Shown: positions 35,090 to 48,984 of the stretch, in pieces | Layout: the number at the start of each line of letters is the position of its first letter | Numbering within the stretch: position 1 is the first letter of the stretch | Origin: Phyllosticta citribraziliensis | Taxonomy: Eukaryota | Assembly: GCF_038025025.1 (NCBI RefSeq) | Contig: NW_027117341.1 | Coordinates: 1,116,001 to 1,180,000 of the forward strand | DNA length: 64,000 nt | Reading direction: 5' to 3' | The notes under the pieces: model-generated | What the model saw: the letters and a program-made list of their open reading frames with translations, nothing else | Told to the model about the DNA's origin: nothing | Database searches by the model: none | Program-made: the position numbers and the translations under genes

Positions 35090-38000
35090 ATGGCACAGGA
35101 GACGTCCTTCATGGCCATGCCCGCCCCGTCTGCCTCGACTACTTCAACTTCGTCCGCCACTCAGCAGCTGCCGCCCGTCGTCGCCTCGTCCACCCAGGCT
35201 CCCGGTCACCCCAGCTTCCGCAGGTACGTCGCAGCCGCCTCGGGGTCCGGGAATTCCACTGACGTAGCCTTCTGCACGGCGACGAAAAGACAGCGTGCCT
35301 CAAGAGCTTGCGAAGTAAGTACATCCTCACTGCAGCTACATTGATGCGCCGCGTGCCGAGGCACCGAGGTCGTTACTTTGGCTAACCCATCCTCCGCGCC
35401 TTACAGACATGCCACGCACGAAAGGTGCGTTGCCTCGCCCAGTCGACCGCATGCGATATCTTCATTCCTATATCATATTGACCTTCGGCGCAGGTCCGCT
35501 GTGACGCCGCGAGCTTGGGCGTGCCCTGTACCAACTGCACCGCCTTTGCCATAGAATGCCGGATTCCCACACCGAAGCGAAAAAAGACAGGAAACAAAAA
35601 GGACTCGGATAGGTGAGTACCTCGTGCGGCCGCCACGACGTAGACTCTGATCCGAACGATCTTCAGTGAACAAGGTCCGCAGCAGGATGCATTCAAGCCC
35701 GCAACGGCGACGACGACCGCCGCCTCAGCCGCCGAGTCGCCAACCACCATAACGAATCCAACTGGGTTGAACTTGGGCCGGGACGAAAAGTCGACGGTAG
35801 TACAATCCTCCGATGGCGTGCCTTCCACAAGCTTTCCTCCTACGTATGCTGCGCAGCAAGACACTCACAGCGGGTCCTACGTACAGTTCATGAAGCCCAA
35901 ATTCGCGCGCGCCCCAATCAAGGAAGCCGGCCGAGTCGCATACCTGGGCGAATCCTCCAATCTATCGCTGCTCGTACACGATCGATATGGAACGACAGAC
36001 GTAGTGCACTACCCTCTGCCAGAGAGTGTCCGAGGAACAAAGGCGCGCGTCAACGAACTCGACGACATGGAAATCAACATTCTACACACGAGGGGGGCTT
36101 TTCTGTTACCACCACGCGCGCTCTGCGATGAGCTTGTCGAGGCCTTTTTCAAATGGGTTGCGCCGGTAGTTCCAGTGATCAACCGGAGTCGCTTCATGCG
36201 CCAGTACCGCGATCCCCGGAATCCACCGTCTTTGCTGCTTTTGCAAGCAATCCTTCTTGCCGGCTCTCGCGTATGCAACAACCCGCAGCTGATGGACTCG
36301 AGCGGCTCCACGACACCCGCGGCCATGACTTTTTACAAGCGCGCAAAAGCCCTTTTCGATGCCAATTACGAGGACGACAGGGTGACGATCGTTCAAGCCC
36401 TCATCCTGATGGGCTGGTATTGGGAAGGTCCAGAAGGTACCGTGGCACGCCGAGGTTGATTGGGCGCTGTGCTGATGAGCGAGTCAGACGTGACGAAAAA
36501 CGTATTCTACTGGAGTAGAGTAGCGATCGTTGTTGCCCAAGGCTCAGGGATGCATCGAAGGTAAAGTGTCACGTTGCAGCTGTCTCGTTCAAGGGACTAA
36601 CGTTGATGCAGTGTCGAGGGCTCGCAACTCAGCCGTGCGGATAAGCGTCTATGGAAGCGAATTTGGTGGACACTCTTCTCAAGAGACCGTTCCGTGGCTG
36701 TTGCACTCGGGAGACCAGTCGCAATAGATCCTGAAGACTCGGACGTCGAAATGATATCAGAGGACGACTTTATCGAGGATGATCCAGATCGGCCGGCCGA
36801 ATTCAACCCAGACCCCGTCCACGTTCAATTTTTCATCAACTACGTCAAACTCTGCGAAATCATGGGACTGGTCCTCTCGCAACAATATTCCGTGGCTTCC
36901 AAATTCCGGCGAACGAATGCCATAGATCTCACCCACAGCGACATGGCGCTTGCAGACTGGCTGCAGCATTGTCCCAAAGAGGTGTATTGGGAAAAGCCGC
37001 GGCATCACTTTTGGTCTGCCCTTCTGCATGCGAATTACTAGTAAGACTTCCTGGGAAGGTGTGGATTCAATTCTCTGACGCTCCCAGTACCACACTCTGT
37101 CTGTTACATCGGGCACACATGCCTCCAGCAGGCTCACCGAGAGCTGAACCCATGGAGCAGACCGCTTACCCGTCTCGGAACATTGCGTACCAAGCCGCTG
37201 GGATGATCACCTCCATCATAGAAAGTCTTCAGAGTCATGATGAGCTGCGGTACACGCCTGCATTCATGTAAGTGGTGATGCGTGTCTCCGTATCAAAACT
37301 GACCACCCGCAGCGTATATTCCCTGTTCTCGGCTTTGATCATGCACGTCTACCAGATGAGATCCTCAAACAAATCCATTGTCGCCGCCACTGAGCAGCGC
37401 CTTACGATTTGCATGAATGCGCTCAAAGACGTATCCAAGGTCTGGCTAGTCGCCAAGATGGTCCACACGCTATTCGAGTCCATCCTCGGTAACAAGGTTT
37501 TGGAAGAACGGCTCCAAAGAGCAGCAGGCAAGAGGCATCAAAAGACCAAACCTTCGGGAGGAGCAACACCTCAATTGCAACAACCAAATGCCCCCAAGGC
37601 CAAGGAAGAGCTCAAACGCAAATTTGACGATATGGAGATTAACTTTACGAATGGTCCACCCGCACCGCAGGTGTCGTACGAGCGTTCTCGACCTCAGACT
37701 CCGGCCGTCACTCCGTCCAGAGACGTCTCAGCTCCTCAGGTCCCCAATCTTGCCTCTGCTTCTCCCGACATGACTCGTCAAAACCGGGATGCGTTCATGG
37801 GACCTTCGCGGTCGGGTACTCGCCCTGGAAGTCCCTTCAACCCATCCTTTTCATATCCTGGTACTCCTCCTGAGTTGTTCCTGGTCACGAGAGATACCCC
37901 TGGCCTCTCGCAAGATATCTGGCAAAATTTTCAGCCTGACCAGTTGTTCCCGGCTGACACCAACTTCTCGTTTCAAAACGTTTCTCCAACACAACAACAA

Positions 38001-38495
38001 CCCCTGGTCGACCCCACGCTCGGGCGGCAGATGGCCGTGCATAATCAAACGACTTCGGGAATGCACCAGCAGTCGCCGCCCCAAGTGGTGCCGAGCCAGG
38101 CAACGATGGCCACCAGTGCGGCGATGCCAATGGCACCAAGCATGCCCCCGAACGACTCTTGGGCGCAGATAGACCTTGTGAACCAGCCGGCCCAAGCGCC
38201 AAACGAGGAAACATGGAGCAACAGTAGTACGGGCCAACCAATCGCACCAACCACTTTGAATGTAGAGGACTGGTACGTCTTCCTCTCTTCGCAGAATGCT
38301 TCTCAAGGCTTCCTCCAGCCAGCCGCCGCTCCTGCGACCTCCCTTCAAACCTCCATGGGTTTTGGATAAATTTCGACTTCGATATCGAAAAGACAATCAA
38401 GATTGTACTGACATTCAGGGCTCTCGCCTCTTAACAACAGGTTCAATTTCTTCGGCATAAATGGCGACGTCAACGGACTTCATGGCGCCTTTTGA
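35090..38495 (+). CDS. farA: Zn(II)2Cys6 transcription factor FarA / cutinase transcription factor 1-alpha; about 10 exons
   Basis: Spliced cluster RQRASRACE/TCHARK/VRCDAASLGVPCTNCTAFAIECRIPTPKRKK, a fungal TF middle domain (RLWKRIWWTLFSRDRSVAVALGRP) and C-terminal TTLNVEDW/FNFFGING. Confidence 0.9.
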
Positions 38496-41400
38496 ATTCG
38501 GCTCCTTGACATGCACGCCTTCTCCATCATCTTTCCTCCTGCACGAAACCCCTCTGCTTCTATCGCATATATGAGTGGTCTTTGTTTCGAACTTGCAGCA
38601 CGGTACACGAACGGCGTTTGTTTTGCTTGCTGCGCTTGCACATTTCTATGGCAGCACGACCAGTGTATAACCAACATTACGAAAAAGCGTTGTTTGGGCT
38701 TCTAGCTGGTATGGTTGTCCAATCTTCCTACAAGTTCTTTCGAGTGGTTTGCAACATGGATAACCCGGCTTTTTGAGCTAAGCGTCTGATTTGACTTTCT
38801 AAACACTTCTCTCTCTCTCTATCGTGAGCCCCGGGCTTTCCTGGACTGCCGGCGCAGCAATATCGCTTCATGCTTTTTTTATTTTTGGCACGATATCTGG
38901 TTTTGACAGGCGCCATGGTTGAGTGGAGCTTGTGGATAGCTGAAACCTTGTTCGGCGATGCATTTCTTGCACACTCTACACAATATGGATAAGCATAACA
39001 CTGATGATGCGCGCGATTTGGGCCCTTGATAGACGCAAGTGGTTAGCCAGGTCAGTGGAAAGAAGGACGTTCCTGTCATATGGCGAGGATCAATCTGTAA
39101 GCTAAAGCGTACGACAGGAGACACGAGAAATGACTGGACCTGCTGCTTTGTTTTGCTCCTGGCTTGCGTATCAGAAGGCTGAATCTGAGACCTCAACACT
39201 CCAACTCTCTGCTCGCTCAACCTTCCGCCTTTATTTAGACCGTCGTCGCCTTGCGCGTCAGCCACAACCTTCATCCATTTCCCAGCGCGCCGAGGTCCAT
39301 TTCTCGTCACCAAAGGACCTGCGCACACGAGACACTGCTCACATAACCCACCATGTACGTCCCATGGAAATTTTCCATTCCGGAGCTGGGACGTTCTTTT
39401 CCGGAACCTGGCAGCGCTTTTGGGATGTCCGCTGGAGTCTGCCGAGAGACTATCGCGTTGCACCGGCACGGGTCGCGCGGACACGCTGCTACCATTCACT
39501 GCCACGGCCGCCGGGGCTCGGCGCTGGTCTCACCATGGAGTAGAGGGGTTGCTTCGTGCTTGGCCAGATGTCGCTTCTTCTTGGGGCGGTTCAACTACTG
39601 CGCATCTACAGGTTGTGCATCATGACGGGTCGCCCAGGTACCGAGTGAGAATAATTGAGGAGGGAGTTTGCTTCGCGCAGACATATGCCCTTTGAGTAAA
39701 GCGTATGCTTATCCATGGCCCTACAACTACACACTTGAACGAGCCAAGAGCACAGGTACTTCCATTTCGACCGCCGTAGCTTGAGGTCCCGGACACGCCA
39801 CACCCCATCGCGAGCTCCGTAAGCTGTAACGGTACATGGCGGATGGTATTCTGGCGGTGAGCACGAGACACCCAGAACCCACAGCCAGGAAGCAGCAACG
39901 GCAAGCGCCGCCACCGCCGCCTCCGCGCCGCTTCTGGCAGCCCCGATGCCGCATGGCAGGGAGCATCCCAACTTTATCATCCTGCAGTCGATCCTTGTCT
40001 ATCCTTCCGCCCGCACAGGACGCAAGCCGGTATTACCCCACAGCCCAGCGTGCCAGCAGAGCGCGTCGACGGGTTTTTGGCAGGGGTACCGGTACTTCTG
40101 CCAGTCTTGGGGCGCGCGTCAGTAAGGAAGGCGATGGGGTTCCAGCACGGCAGATGGACGTACCTCTGCTGTCGCGGGGCTCTCCGTCTGGGATCCCAGG
40201 TGGGCCCGAGAAGGCAGAAGGGAAAGGCCGCGTGTTTGGTGCTGGGCCAGCCTGGACTGTGCGATGGAAGGCTATCGAGGGATAGTGTGTCTGCTGCTCC
40301 AGAATTGCATACAAAGATGGAGAGGGGCAAATCCATTTGGCAGTACGATGGCCTGGTCGCTGTGATGGTGCCCCTTTTGCAATTGGCACGCGCTTGCAAA
40401 AAGGAACTTGGTTGAATGTACCGCAACACAGCAGCTACACGCGGCACATTCCAATGGCAATCTGGAAATGCGGTAAGTGCCTGATGCGGCACCGCGCCGG
40501 CACAACGGTCGCCCGCAATCTATCGCAGCCAGCTAGGAGCCCTGTATCAAACACCAGACTCCAAAAACCAGCGAGACGGTTTCATTGTACGCTAGTCCCG
40601 CTCGCCTAACGTGGAATGACGGCGCGTATTCTGCTTCGCTTTCGCGTTGGCTCTTCTCCTTTCTTTCGTTTACAGGGACTTGACCTGTCCAGTTGTGGAG
40701 CTTGAATTGACTGCACCTGCCTGACCAGCTGTTGCATCATTCGCTGACGTACGTTGAATGCTACATACCCCTCTCGACACCTTTCTGCTCCCTTTTGTTG
40801 TTGTTGGATCGGTACACTTCTTTTTCTCTATTCTTCCGCCTATCTCCCTCACACTGTCACCTCGCATCCACCAGTCACTCTGCATTCATCCAGCCAGTCA
40901 TCCAACCAGCCACTCAAGATATGCGCCAGCCAACAGAGTTAAGGTTGTGGCGCCTTCTTGGTCTTGTCCACTTCAGCGCGTCTGCTGGCCTAGCCCCACC
41001 ACGCGATGGGTGGCGCTGTTTGCTCTTCATCCCGTACCTACTGCTGCCCCTCCACAGCCCCCTCATCCACTAGTTGGTTGATTGGCACGGTAGTAGCAAG
41101 GTCCTGGATGAGACAGAGGCTGCTCGCTCGGACAGATGGATGCTGGACAGGGCTTCCAGTACCACCATCCCCTCCTTCTCTTCTCTCCTATCATGCACTG
41201 CACGGCTCTTCATCACATCTCCGCCTGCAAATGTGCATACCCCTGTCCACTTGCGGTTTCGCAGCCTGCCATCCCGTTGCTTGACGAGGAGAATACTGCC
41301 CACCTACATTTCCCACCAACAGCAAATCTGTGCAAGAGAAAGGCTTGACCCAACCAACCTGGCCGGGGATTCGGGCGCGACACGAGTCACACATCGGGTG

Positions 41401-42881
41401 ATCGGCGTAGGTTGTTTTCCAATGTGTGCCACGAGTCGCTGAGAACACAAAATGTACCACCTGTTCCGCTTCTCTAAGTGTAATGATCGCTATTTCAACG
41501 ACACAGAGACAACAGACGAATACCATCAAAATGGTGGACACCAAAATGATCAGAATGGTGCCAGGGAGTGGAGCAAGACGCAGACTGGACGTGGCGATTG
41601 CAACCTCCAGTCAGCTGGCCACAGCCAGGGCGAAAAACCACATACGCAGAGGCGGCGAGCAGAGACGAGAGGGCGACGCGTGGCGGAGCAAGCCCGCTGC
41701 GATGCTACCATCACCGCGTACCTTGGAGTAGCAATTCACGCACTCAGCACACACATACAGTGCGCAAAGTGTAATACTTCGATGGCCATTCCACCACGCA
41801 GTATCGCGCCACTGCTTCTCCAAACCACCACTCCCACTTTCCACCCCCATCGAAGCGCGCGGGTAGAGCAGCATAGCAGGCGATTAGCCTCGCCTCATCT
41901 GGCATCCTCCAATCACATCCGTAGCTTTGACATCGGCAGCGCGTGCCGGCCGCAGCAGGCGGGCAGTTCCCAGCCAGCATCCCCAGTCCGTCCATTGCTC
42001 ACAGAACCCCTACGCGCGCTAGCCAGTTTGAAATGCCGACATCGTCGTCGGCGTTTGCTGCGGTGCAATTCAGCTCATCTACCTGGCCAGAAAATCGCAA
42101 TTAAGGGTTCTCTTCTTACTAATGCAGTACCTAGCGGCGTGGCTGGAGAGTGGATGGTGGCATTGTACAGACGAAGCTTGTCAGTTTTACAGTACGTGGC
42201 GGCGCGCGCCGCAGAGTAAAAGTTGCGTGACTGCTGGCTGCTCCTGCTCGTCACGTCACGGAGGACTGTTGACCGGCTCTGCAACCGGATTCCTGGTTCT
42301 GGATGTGCCAACAGCGGGGAACTGCGGGGAGCGCAGGTTGATGGAGCAAAGTTAATCAGGAACGCTTTGATCGATGGTAGATTTGATTTTGCGCTGTCCA
42401 ATCGCAGTCGACTTCTCTGGTAGGAGTTGAGAAGGCCAAAACATTGCTGCGAAGTGGTAATTATGGACATTCGAGGCCGGCGAGGCTATTACATCGCTCT
42501 GGAGCATGCAAATCGAGCCTAAATCGGAGATATGGGACTTTGACGGCTGTGATTTTGCTGTGGATGGTTGTGTCCGCCCTTAGCTGGGCAAACGCATCTT
42601 GCAAATTGAAGACGAGCGCCACTGGCAATACCGGATCAGGATTCTTAGTGGCAAGCTGGATTAATCAATTGACCAAGAAGACACTGCATTCAAACGCCAA
42701 ATCTGCTTCCCGAAAACAAAACCGCTTGGTAAATATACCAGTACCTGCAAGACCGGCTCCTCCCAAACAAAAAGAGGTATCATCATGCTTCCAAAGCTAG
42801 CCCAGACGTCGAACTCGTAACGCCTTTGCAAAAAGACCGAACCACAATAGTCTATCCATCAGTCATACCATTTACACGCCG

Positions 42882-44436
42882 TTACTCGTCGACGATCCGC
42901 TTTGTCAAGCACTCGGCAATCTTGGAGTAGAACTTGGCCGCGTTGTTGCGCGGGAAGCAAATCTCCTCAGTCAGGTAGTCGGGTAGGATTTCCAAGAGTT
43001 GGCTGTCCCGGTTTTCGTCGAGGAGCGGGACATATGCAAACTCGGCGTCCTCGTAGCTTTGGCTGGAAGCTTTGTTGCCCGATTCGATGGCCAAATGGAA
43101 GTGAAGAGCTGCATCTGATAAGTATTTATCGACGAATGCTGGCAGAGTTGACTTACTTCCGTTGCGTCCTGTTTGTATGCAATCAAAGACGTCTTCATCT
43201 TCTTCCCGTTTGACGCCTCGGATAATGAGGCCGGTAATGTCCGTGTAGAGATCTTCCTTCAATTGCTGGATGAGTGATGCGTCGCTGTTCCCAGTCATGG
43301 CTGTCCTTTGCGATTTCATGGCACTGCCCGGAGCCTTTGCTTCTGCCACCTTGGCAGACAGCTTTGCATTGAGGGTTTCGATTTTGTTTTCAGCTTCACA
43401 GAGCTGGCCGTGAATCATGGTGTGCTCTTTCTTGATCTGCTCGTTTTCGGTTGACAACTCCTTCACTCGAATTTTGAGGGCCTTGGATTCCGTGGCCTGA
43501 GCACGCTGGGTTGCAAGCTCTTTCTTCAGAGCAGCGATGAGATCGTCTTGGGCTGAAAGAATTGTCAGATCCCAACCATGAGACGGCGTAAATCCACTCA
43601 CCTTTTGATCTCTCGTTCGCGCTGCTCTTCAATCTGTCAAAGTTGCTATCGGCATCGCGCATGCCCACATCCCTCAGATTCTGGTATTTGAGATCCAGGT
43701 TCTCAAGCTTCTTAGTCATGTCTCCTAGCTTCCGCCTAAGAGCTGGACCACCACCAGTTTTTTCCGTATCGGACGCGCTTGCAGCTGGTCTTCCCGGCAT
43801 GGAATTTTGTGGCTGTCCACGAGCGTTTTGCCTGCGCGCTGGTTCAGGTTGCTGAGTTTCTGGGACTTCTTCGATTGACGGCTCCACATCCATGTGGTCG
43901 GGCTCCGGCTGTGTCTCTGGTATGAAGTGAATGGACTCTTCGACCGTCTCCTCTTCCTTTTTGGGCGCCCTTCGGCCTCTCGTAGGTTTCTTGGGGACTT
44001 CAGGCTCTGCCGCCGCAGCGGCAGTCTTCGCCTTGGGCGGACGCCCTCGAGCCTTGGGTTTCGTCGGCGCAGGCTCCGCTGCTTCTTCAAAGTCGTCAAC
44101 TTCTTCAGTGTCGCTTCCATTGGGCTCTGGTCTTTCGGCCAAAGCCTTGCGCTTGGGAGCGGGCTTCTTTGCTTTGGCGACTTTGCCTTTGCCCGCGACC
44201 ACAGAAGCCCCGCTCGCCCGTCGCGTTGTAGCCCTTGCCCTTGTTGTCGTTGTCGCCGGTTCCTCCTTTGCTGTCGTAGTCTTCTTTGGCCGTCCTTTGC
44301 CGCCTTTGGTGGCAGGTGCAGCGTTTTCCGTGGAGGACACCATCACGGCGGCAGTGTCGCGAGCGAATTCGTCTTCCGAAGCGGAGTCGTCGACCAGTTT
44401 GGAGATGGTGGCAGCAGCGGCGCGCCTCGGCGGCAT
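42882..44436 (-). CDS. CSM1: Monopolin subunit Csm1/Pcs1-like chromosome segregation protein; 3 exons
   Basis: Basic disordered N-terminus and coiled coil, then LKEDLYTDITGLII..FDCIQTGRNG/TLHFHL..YVPLLD..LPDYLTEEICF..AAKFY. Introns at 43553-43601 and 43109-43156. Confidence 0.88.
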
Positions 44437-45014
44437 GATGGTGCGATGTGGTTAGATGATTTACGTCTGGAATGTGCTTGGGGTGATGGTAGTTCGCCGT
44501 GGCGGGGGTGAGGTGCACCGCGCGACTGCTTGTTCGGTGGAAATGTATGTAAACAACAGGAATCGACTCGGTCTAGAGAGATCCGCCCGCGTCGGCGCTA
44601 GTCCGAATTGGGACCCGTCCCTTCTCTCAACCCCACCGAGACAAGATCAAGACGTCTCCGCTCCATCTCAACGACCACTACTGATTGAAGGTCATTCCCC
44701 GAACCACCAGCAGAAGCCTCGATCGAGCTCTCTTCTGGCCGTGGATCAAACGCACGCACCACTACGATGCTTTATTTTCTTGCCACTTGACGCATTCTTT
44801 GCTCCACAACTTCGTTTTTTCGTTTTCTACCTATCAGACGAACATGAACAAAAGGGCCCAAGGCCAGCCTTCCCATGTGTGCTCCAAAATACTCGTAATA
44901 CAGAAGCTGCTGTGCCACGAACGCGCTTCTCCCGAATACTTGGCTGACAATACAACTCTCGGCATCTCCGCGCGTCCTATCCAAAACTCCCTGCCCCTAC
45001 TGTGCAATGCCCCA

Positions 45015-45425
45015 TCAAGCTTTCCCCCCGGGTCTGTGAAATATGTTTGCCGGTGGATTACAGTTGGGATTCACCGGATCCTCGCATTGTAAAGGCCGGC
45101 ACGACGATCCTGTACCTTTGGCGCGCAGGCAGTGATACCCTTCCCCATCACAAGCGAAGACTCTGTGCCCCAACATTAGCTTTACTTTCTTCCGTCACTC
45201 AAAAAGTCGATAAAGTCAGACATACGTGGTGTCTCTAATATCGTCGCCGCACCAGACACACTTCGGATTATTGCAGAGCGCGGACAGGCCCCTCTCAGCT
45301 GGTTTAATGCCACCCCCGCACGACCCGCCCGCAGGTATCTTGGAGAATCCGCAAGTGAACCCCGACACAAGCGAGACGACGGAGAGAAGGGCGGCAAAAA
45401 TTGCCCAGAGACTTCTGATCCGCAT
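45015..45425 (-). CDS. Small secreted 10-Cys protein, paralog 1 (115 aa, 2 exons)
   Basis: Signal peptide MRIRSLWAIFAALLSVVSLVSG. Intron 45163-45225 (GTATGT..GCTAAT..CAG) gives a continuous frame ...LCNNPKCVWCGDDIRDTT/VFACDGKGITAC... Confidence 0.8.
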
Positions 45426-45980
45426 GTTGAGGTAAAGGTTTCGCGTTGACTCGGCGAAGCGTTTAGAGGTAGGAAGTGATGGTGATGGGGATTTGAACAT
45501 CTAGTGTTTATGCATCTAATATATCAGCACCGGCCTACACCGTGGTAGCGCAGCTTCCCGCGCAGACCGTCACTGGTTGGTTCTTCCCCAGACCATCATT
45601 CCCGGTAGTCGAAGCTTCGCGGACGAGACCTCAAAGTCTATCGCGGAGGCAGCTTACCAGCCATCCTGATGAAAATCATCTAAAGCGTCTCCCACTTTAC
45701 GGGAAAGAATACTAGATTCAGATTAGCCCTGACAAAGCATGTTGTTCTAATCCGGTAGAATTCGAGTGATGGAAATTCAAGTTAAGAGCCTATTGCTTGT
45801 TCTAGGCTGGTGTCAAATTCATCAGCGAATCATCATCTCTATTTTTCTATGTAAGTTACTAAAATCAGTAAGTCTATTGTGAACTAGGTTTCGGTATCTG
45901 CAGTAGTGCAACCGGTGCGCGTTACTAATCATAACCGGCCGACACCTCTCTCTCTCTCTCTCTCTCACTATACACATGTA

Positions 45981-46150
45981 CAGGGTGTGGACACGCCGGG
46001 AGGGAATCTAACTTCGGTTAATATCCTCGATAAGCCTCTTTACGGGGTTTTGGCGGGCCTAGCAACGAATAGTTTTTGAGAAGCCAAGCTTTGGCTTTAT
46101 AAGGTACTGTTCAGGTTTACCCTCTTCCCTCCCGACGTGCCCACACCCTG
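45981..46150. mobile_element. 170-bp MITE-like element with 26-bp imperfect TIRs
   Basis: cagggtgtggacacgccgggagggaa (45981-46006) matches the reverse complement of 46125-46150 with 2 mismatches. TA lies on the left, and on the right after an extra cctg; the TSD is not clean. Confidence 0.65.
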
Positions 46151-46813
46151 CCTGTATGTACATACTAACAGCCTTTCTTCTCTCCCTAGATAGTTCCAAG
46201 AATGCTCCTATTTCGCAGACTGTGTACCGTCGCCTAACCGGAGAACGTTCTCCTATCCATTGTACCGCGCAGGTGCAATCACCCGCCATATTCAACCTCA
46301 AAACAGACGACCATTGTGATCTTGTAACCTATGCAATACTCTTTCCCACTGTTACTAGAGCATCAACCGAGATCTAACCAAACCAGTAACTTTATTCTAC
46401 ATGGCCTAGGTAAACCTTTCTGTCGGGAAGTGCCTGATCACACCATCTTTAACTTTGGCTCTGGGTGTGCTTGTTGCTACAGTTCTTTGCAGCCGACGAC
46501 GGGAAGCCTCTTCAAGTCTCTGATTCTTAGCATATCACCAGAGGAAAGGCTCGTATTCCGATTGAACACGATTCGGTCCAAAGTGTATTCATTCCAAGAG
46601 ATAAGGTGATGTGCATAACCGTTTCTCTGGGAGTAAAGCTAAGAGATCCGAGGGATCGAAGTGATTGCCGACCAAACCATCCATCTCCCAGACCCCACCC
46701 TGACCAAGACAGCAACGAGATCAGTAACACACCTTTTTGTTCCTTTCCGTCTCTTGACCTATCTTAAGTCCACTGCCGAAAGAGGGACAAGCAAAAGAAA
46801 GTCATGGCTCAGT

Positions 46814-47663
46814 CTACTGACACTTCTCCTCATACCCTTTATAAATACCCCCAAACTCACCATACCCCCGCTCAACAACGTCCATATTCATATCACCACC
46901 AATCGTGTCCTCGCCAGCCACCAGTCTCTTTCCAACCCCATCGGCAAACTCGCATACGCTCAGCGCACCCGGGTTCTTGTTCTTGTTGTTGTAATCCGGA
47001 TCGGCTCTCTCGCGATGCAAATCCGTCGCCACAGTCGGCGGCGCGATCTCGAACACCGCGACGCCCGTCGCCCGCAGCTGCGTCCGCAGGTTCATGCTCC
47101 AGAAATGTAGCCACGCCTTGTGTAGCCACGCCTTGGTGCCGTTATAGATGGGATTGACGATGCTGAACGGCACGAAGCCGAGCACGCTGGACACGTTGAT
47201 GGTTGCGGCGGCGGTGCTGCTGTCGTTGCCGTCTGGGGATTTGGCGTTGGCTTTGGCTTCAGCGCGCCCGCAGGCGCGGCAGCAGCCCGATTGTCAGGTG
47301 CAGCGGGCCCTTGACGTTGATATTGATTTCGTTGTCGGCCTTATCAAGGAAGGCGGCGGGGGCTTCGCGCTGGACGTCGAGTAGCCGCTGCACACCGGCG
47401 TTGTTGATGAGGCAGTCGAGCTCCGGGTGTTCAGCTGTTATTTGGGCGACGAAGGGCGCAATGCTGGCCGTGTCGCCCACGTCGAGCACATAGTAGCCGG
47501 CGGCCCCGATCTCGCGAGCGCTGGCTGAGAGGGTCGATTCTGTCCGGCCGGCAAGAAGGACTTTGATTTTGTGCGTGTTGATCAGGTATGAGGCGAGGGC
47601 TTTGCCGATGCCTCCACCGCCGCTGGTTATGAGCGCGCATGAAAAGGGGAGGGAGCCCGGCAT
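46814..47663 (-). pseudogene. Short-chain dehydrogenase (DltE-like) pseudogene
   Basis: LITSGGGGIG, LINNAGVQ, NVSSVLG and YNGTK are split over two frames near 47262. A 15-nt tandem duplication (47106-47135) gives KAWLH twice. Confidence 0.75.
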
Positions 47664-47970
47664 TATGTGAATTGGTTTCTGAGTCGATTGAAACACCATC
47701 CATCGATGCTGGGAGCTGTGGGTTTACATACCACCGTCCTGTTGGGTGAGTCAACAGCAGCACTACGTCATTCTTCCCTAATGTGGGTCGCGTCAGTGGC
47801 AGCTCAAGCATTGACACTAACAGACACCATCGCTCTAGGCTTTGCCATTCGACATGCCACAACGATCGACATTGGGCTCGAGAGCTTCGTTGATACTGTA
47901 CATTAGAAGATGCTCTCAAAGGGGGCCGACCGAGAAAACTCCTGCGTGTTCAGACGTAGCGTATCGTAAG

Positions 47971-48984
47971 TCATGGATGTCTCTCCAATCTCTCCTCCAA
48001 CTCCTCGTCTATATTCCCCTCGTCTGTTTCACTGCTCGAACCAAGCTGTTCCTCTTTGCAATTGCACACATTGCTTCGGCCGCCTGTCTGAACGACCCAA
48101 CTCTCGAAAATCGCCCCAGCAATCAAGAGCGCAATGACCAGAGCACCAAACACAAGCCATCGAGCCATCTGGTCTGACAGCGTTGTACAATCGCATTGTG
48201 GCTGTAACCATGCGCGGTAGTCATGGGAGAGTCTTCTGTCCAGGAGCGGAGGCATTTTCGGGTCCGATGTTTCTGCGCGGAAGTCGTTCACGTCCTGTAG
48301 CTCCCACCAAACAATCTCAGCCTTCCGGTTGGCGTGATGAAGGAGGTACGCGAGAACCACGGGGATGTTGATGGGATCAGTCGAATCTGGTCCGTTTGCA
48401 AAGCAGAGGCCGTTGATAAATGAGACACGCGTGATATTCCAGTTGAAGCGGTTGGGTATGCTGACGGTCTCAGTAACTACCGGGACGTCCAAGGGAATTG
48501 CGTTGGCGTCGCCGATCAGGTATTCCTCGACAGTGAGTGAAGATGGTCCAATGATGTTGACGCTTGGGTTAAAGGGATTGGCTCCGACAAGAGGTCCGGG
48601 AGAGTGAAATCCTGCGTGGATACCAGGCTCTTGAGGCCTTTCAACGCTCCACCGCAGCTCTCCAGTGGCCTTGTCGAATACGATGAGATCGTATATCTGG
48701 CATGGGTCAGGAATGAACGTAGAATGCAGTTAAAAGCTCCTTACCAGTGTCGCGTCGTTGGTAGCCCACTTGTCGCTGTCCGCTACTCTATCGAGGGGAT
48801 AGTTCGGACAGTCCAATTTCAAAATCAAACGGTGTGGATCGTCAACTCTGCCGTGCTCAGAATCGAAGGCGGAATCTAGGATTTTCCTAGGCTTTCTCAC
48901 ACTTCGAGACGAAAAACAGAACGGCAAAGAGAGGACCGATGGTACGAAAAGGATGAAGAGGACAACGACGATACTTCGTAGCAT
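47971..48984 (-). CDS. Hypothetical type I membrane protein (321 aa, 2 exons)
   Basis: Signal peptide MLRSIVVVLFILFVPSVLS. Intron 48697-48744 (GTAAGG..CTGAC..CAG) joins the frames. TM segment WLVFGALVIALLIAGAIF and acidic tail. Confidence 0.7.

Noticed and set aside
38500..42880. Several ORFs up to 255 aa between farA and CSM1
   Set aside because: No recognisable motifs, coding bias or consistent splice structure; treated as intergenic.
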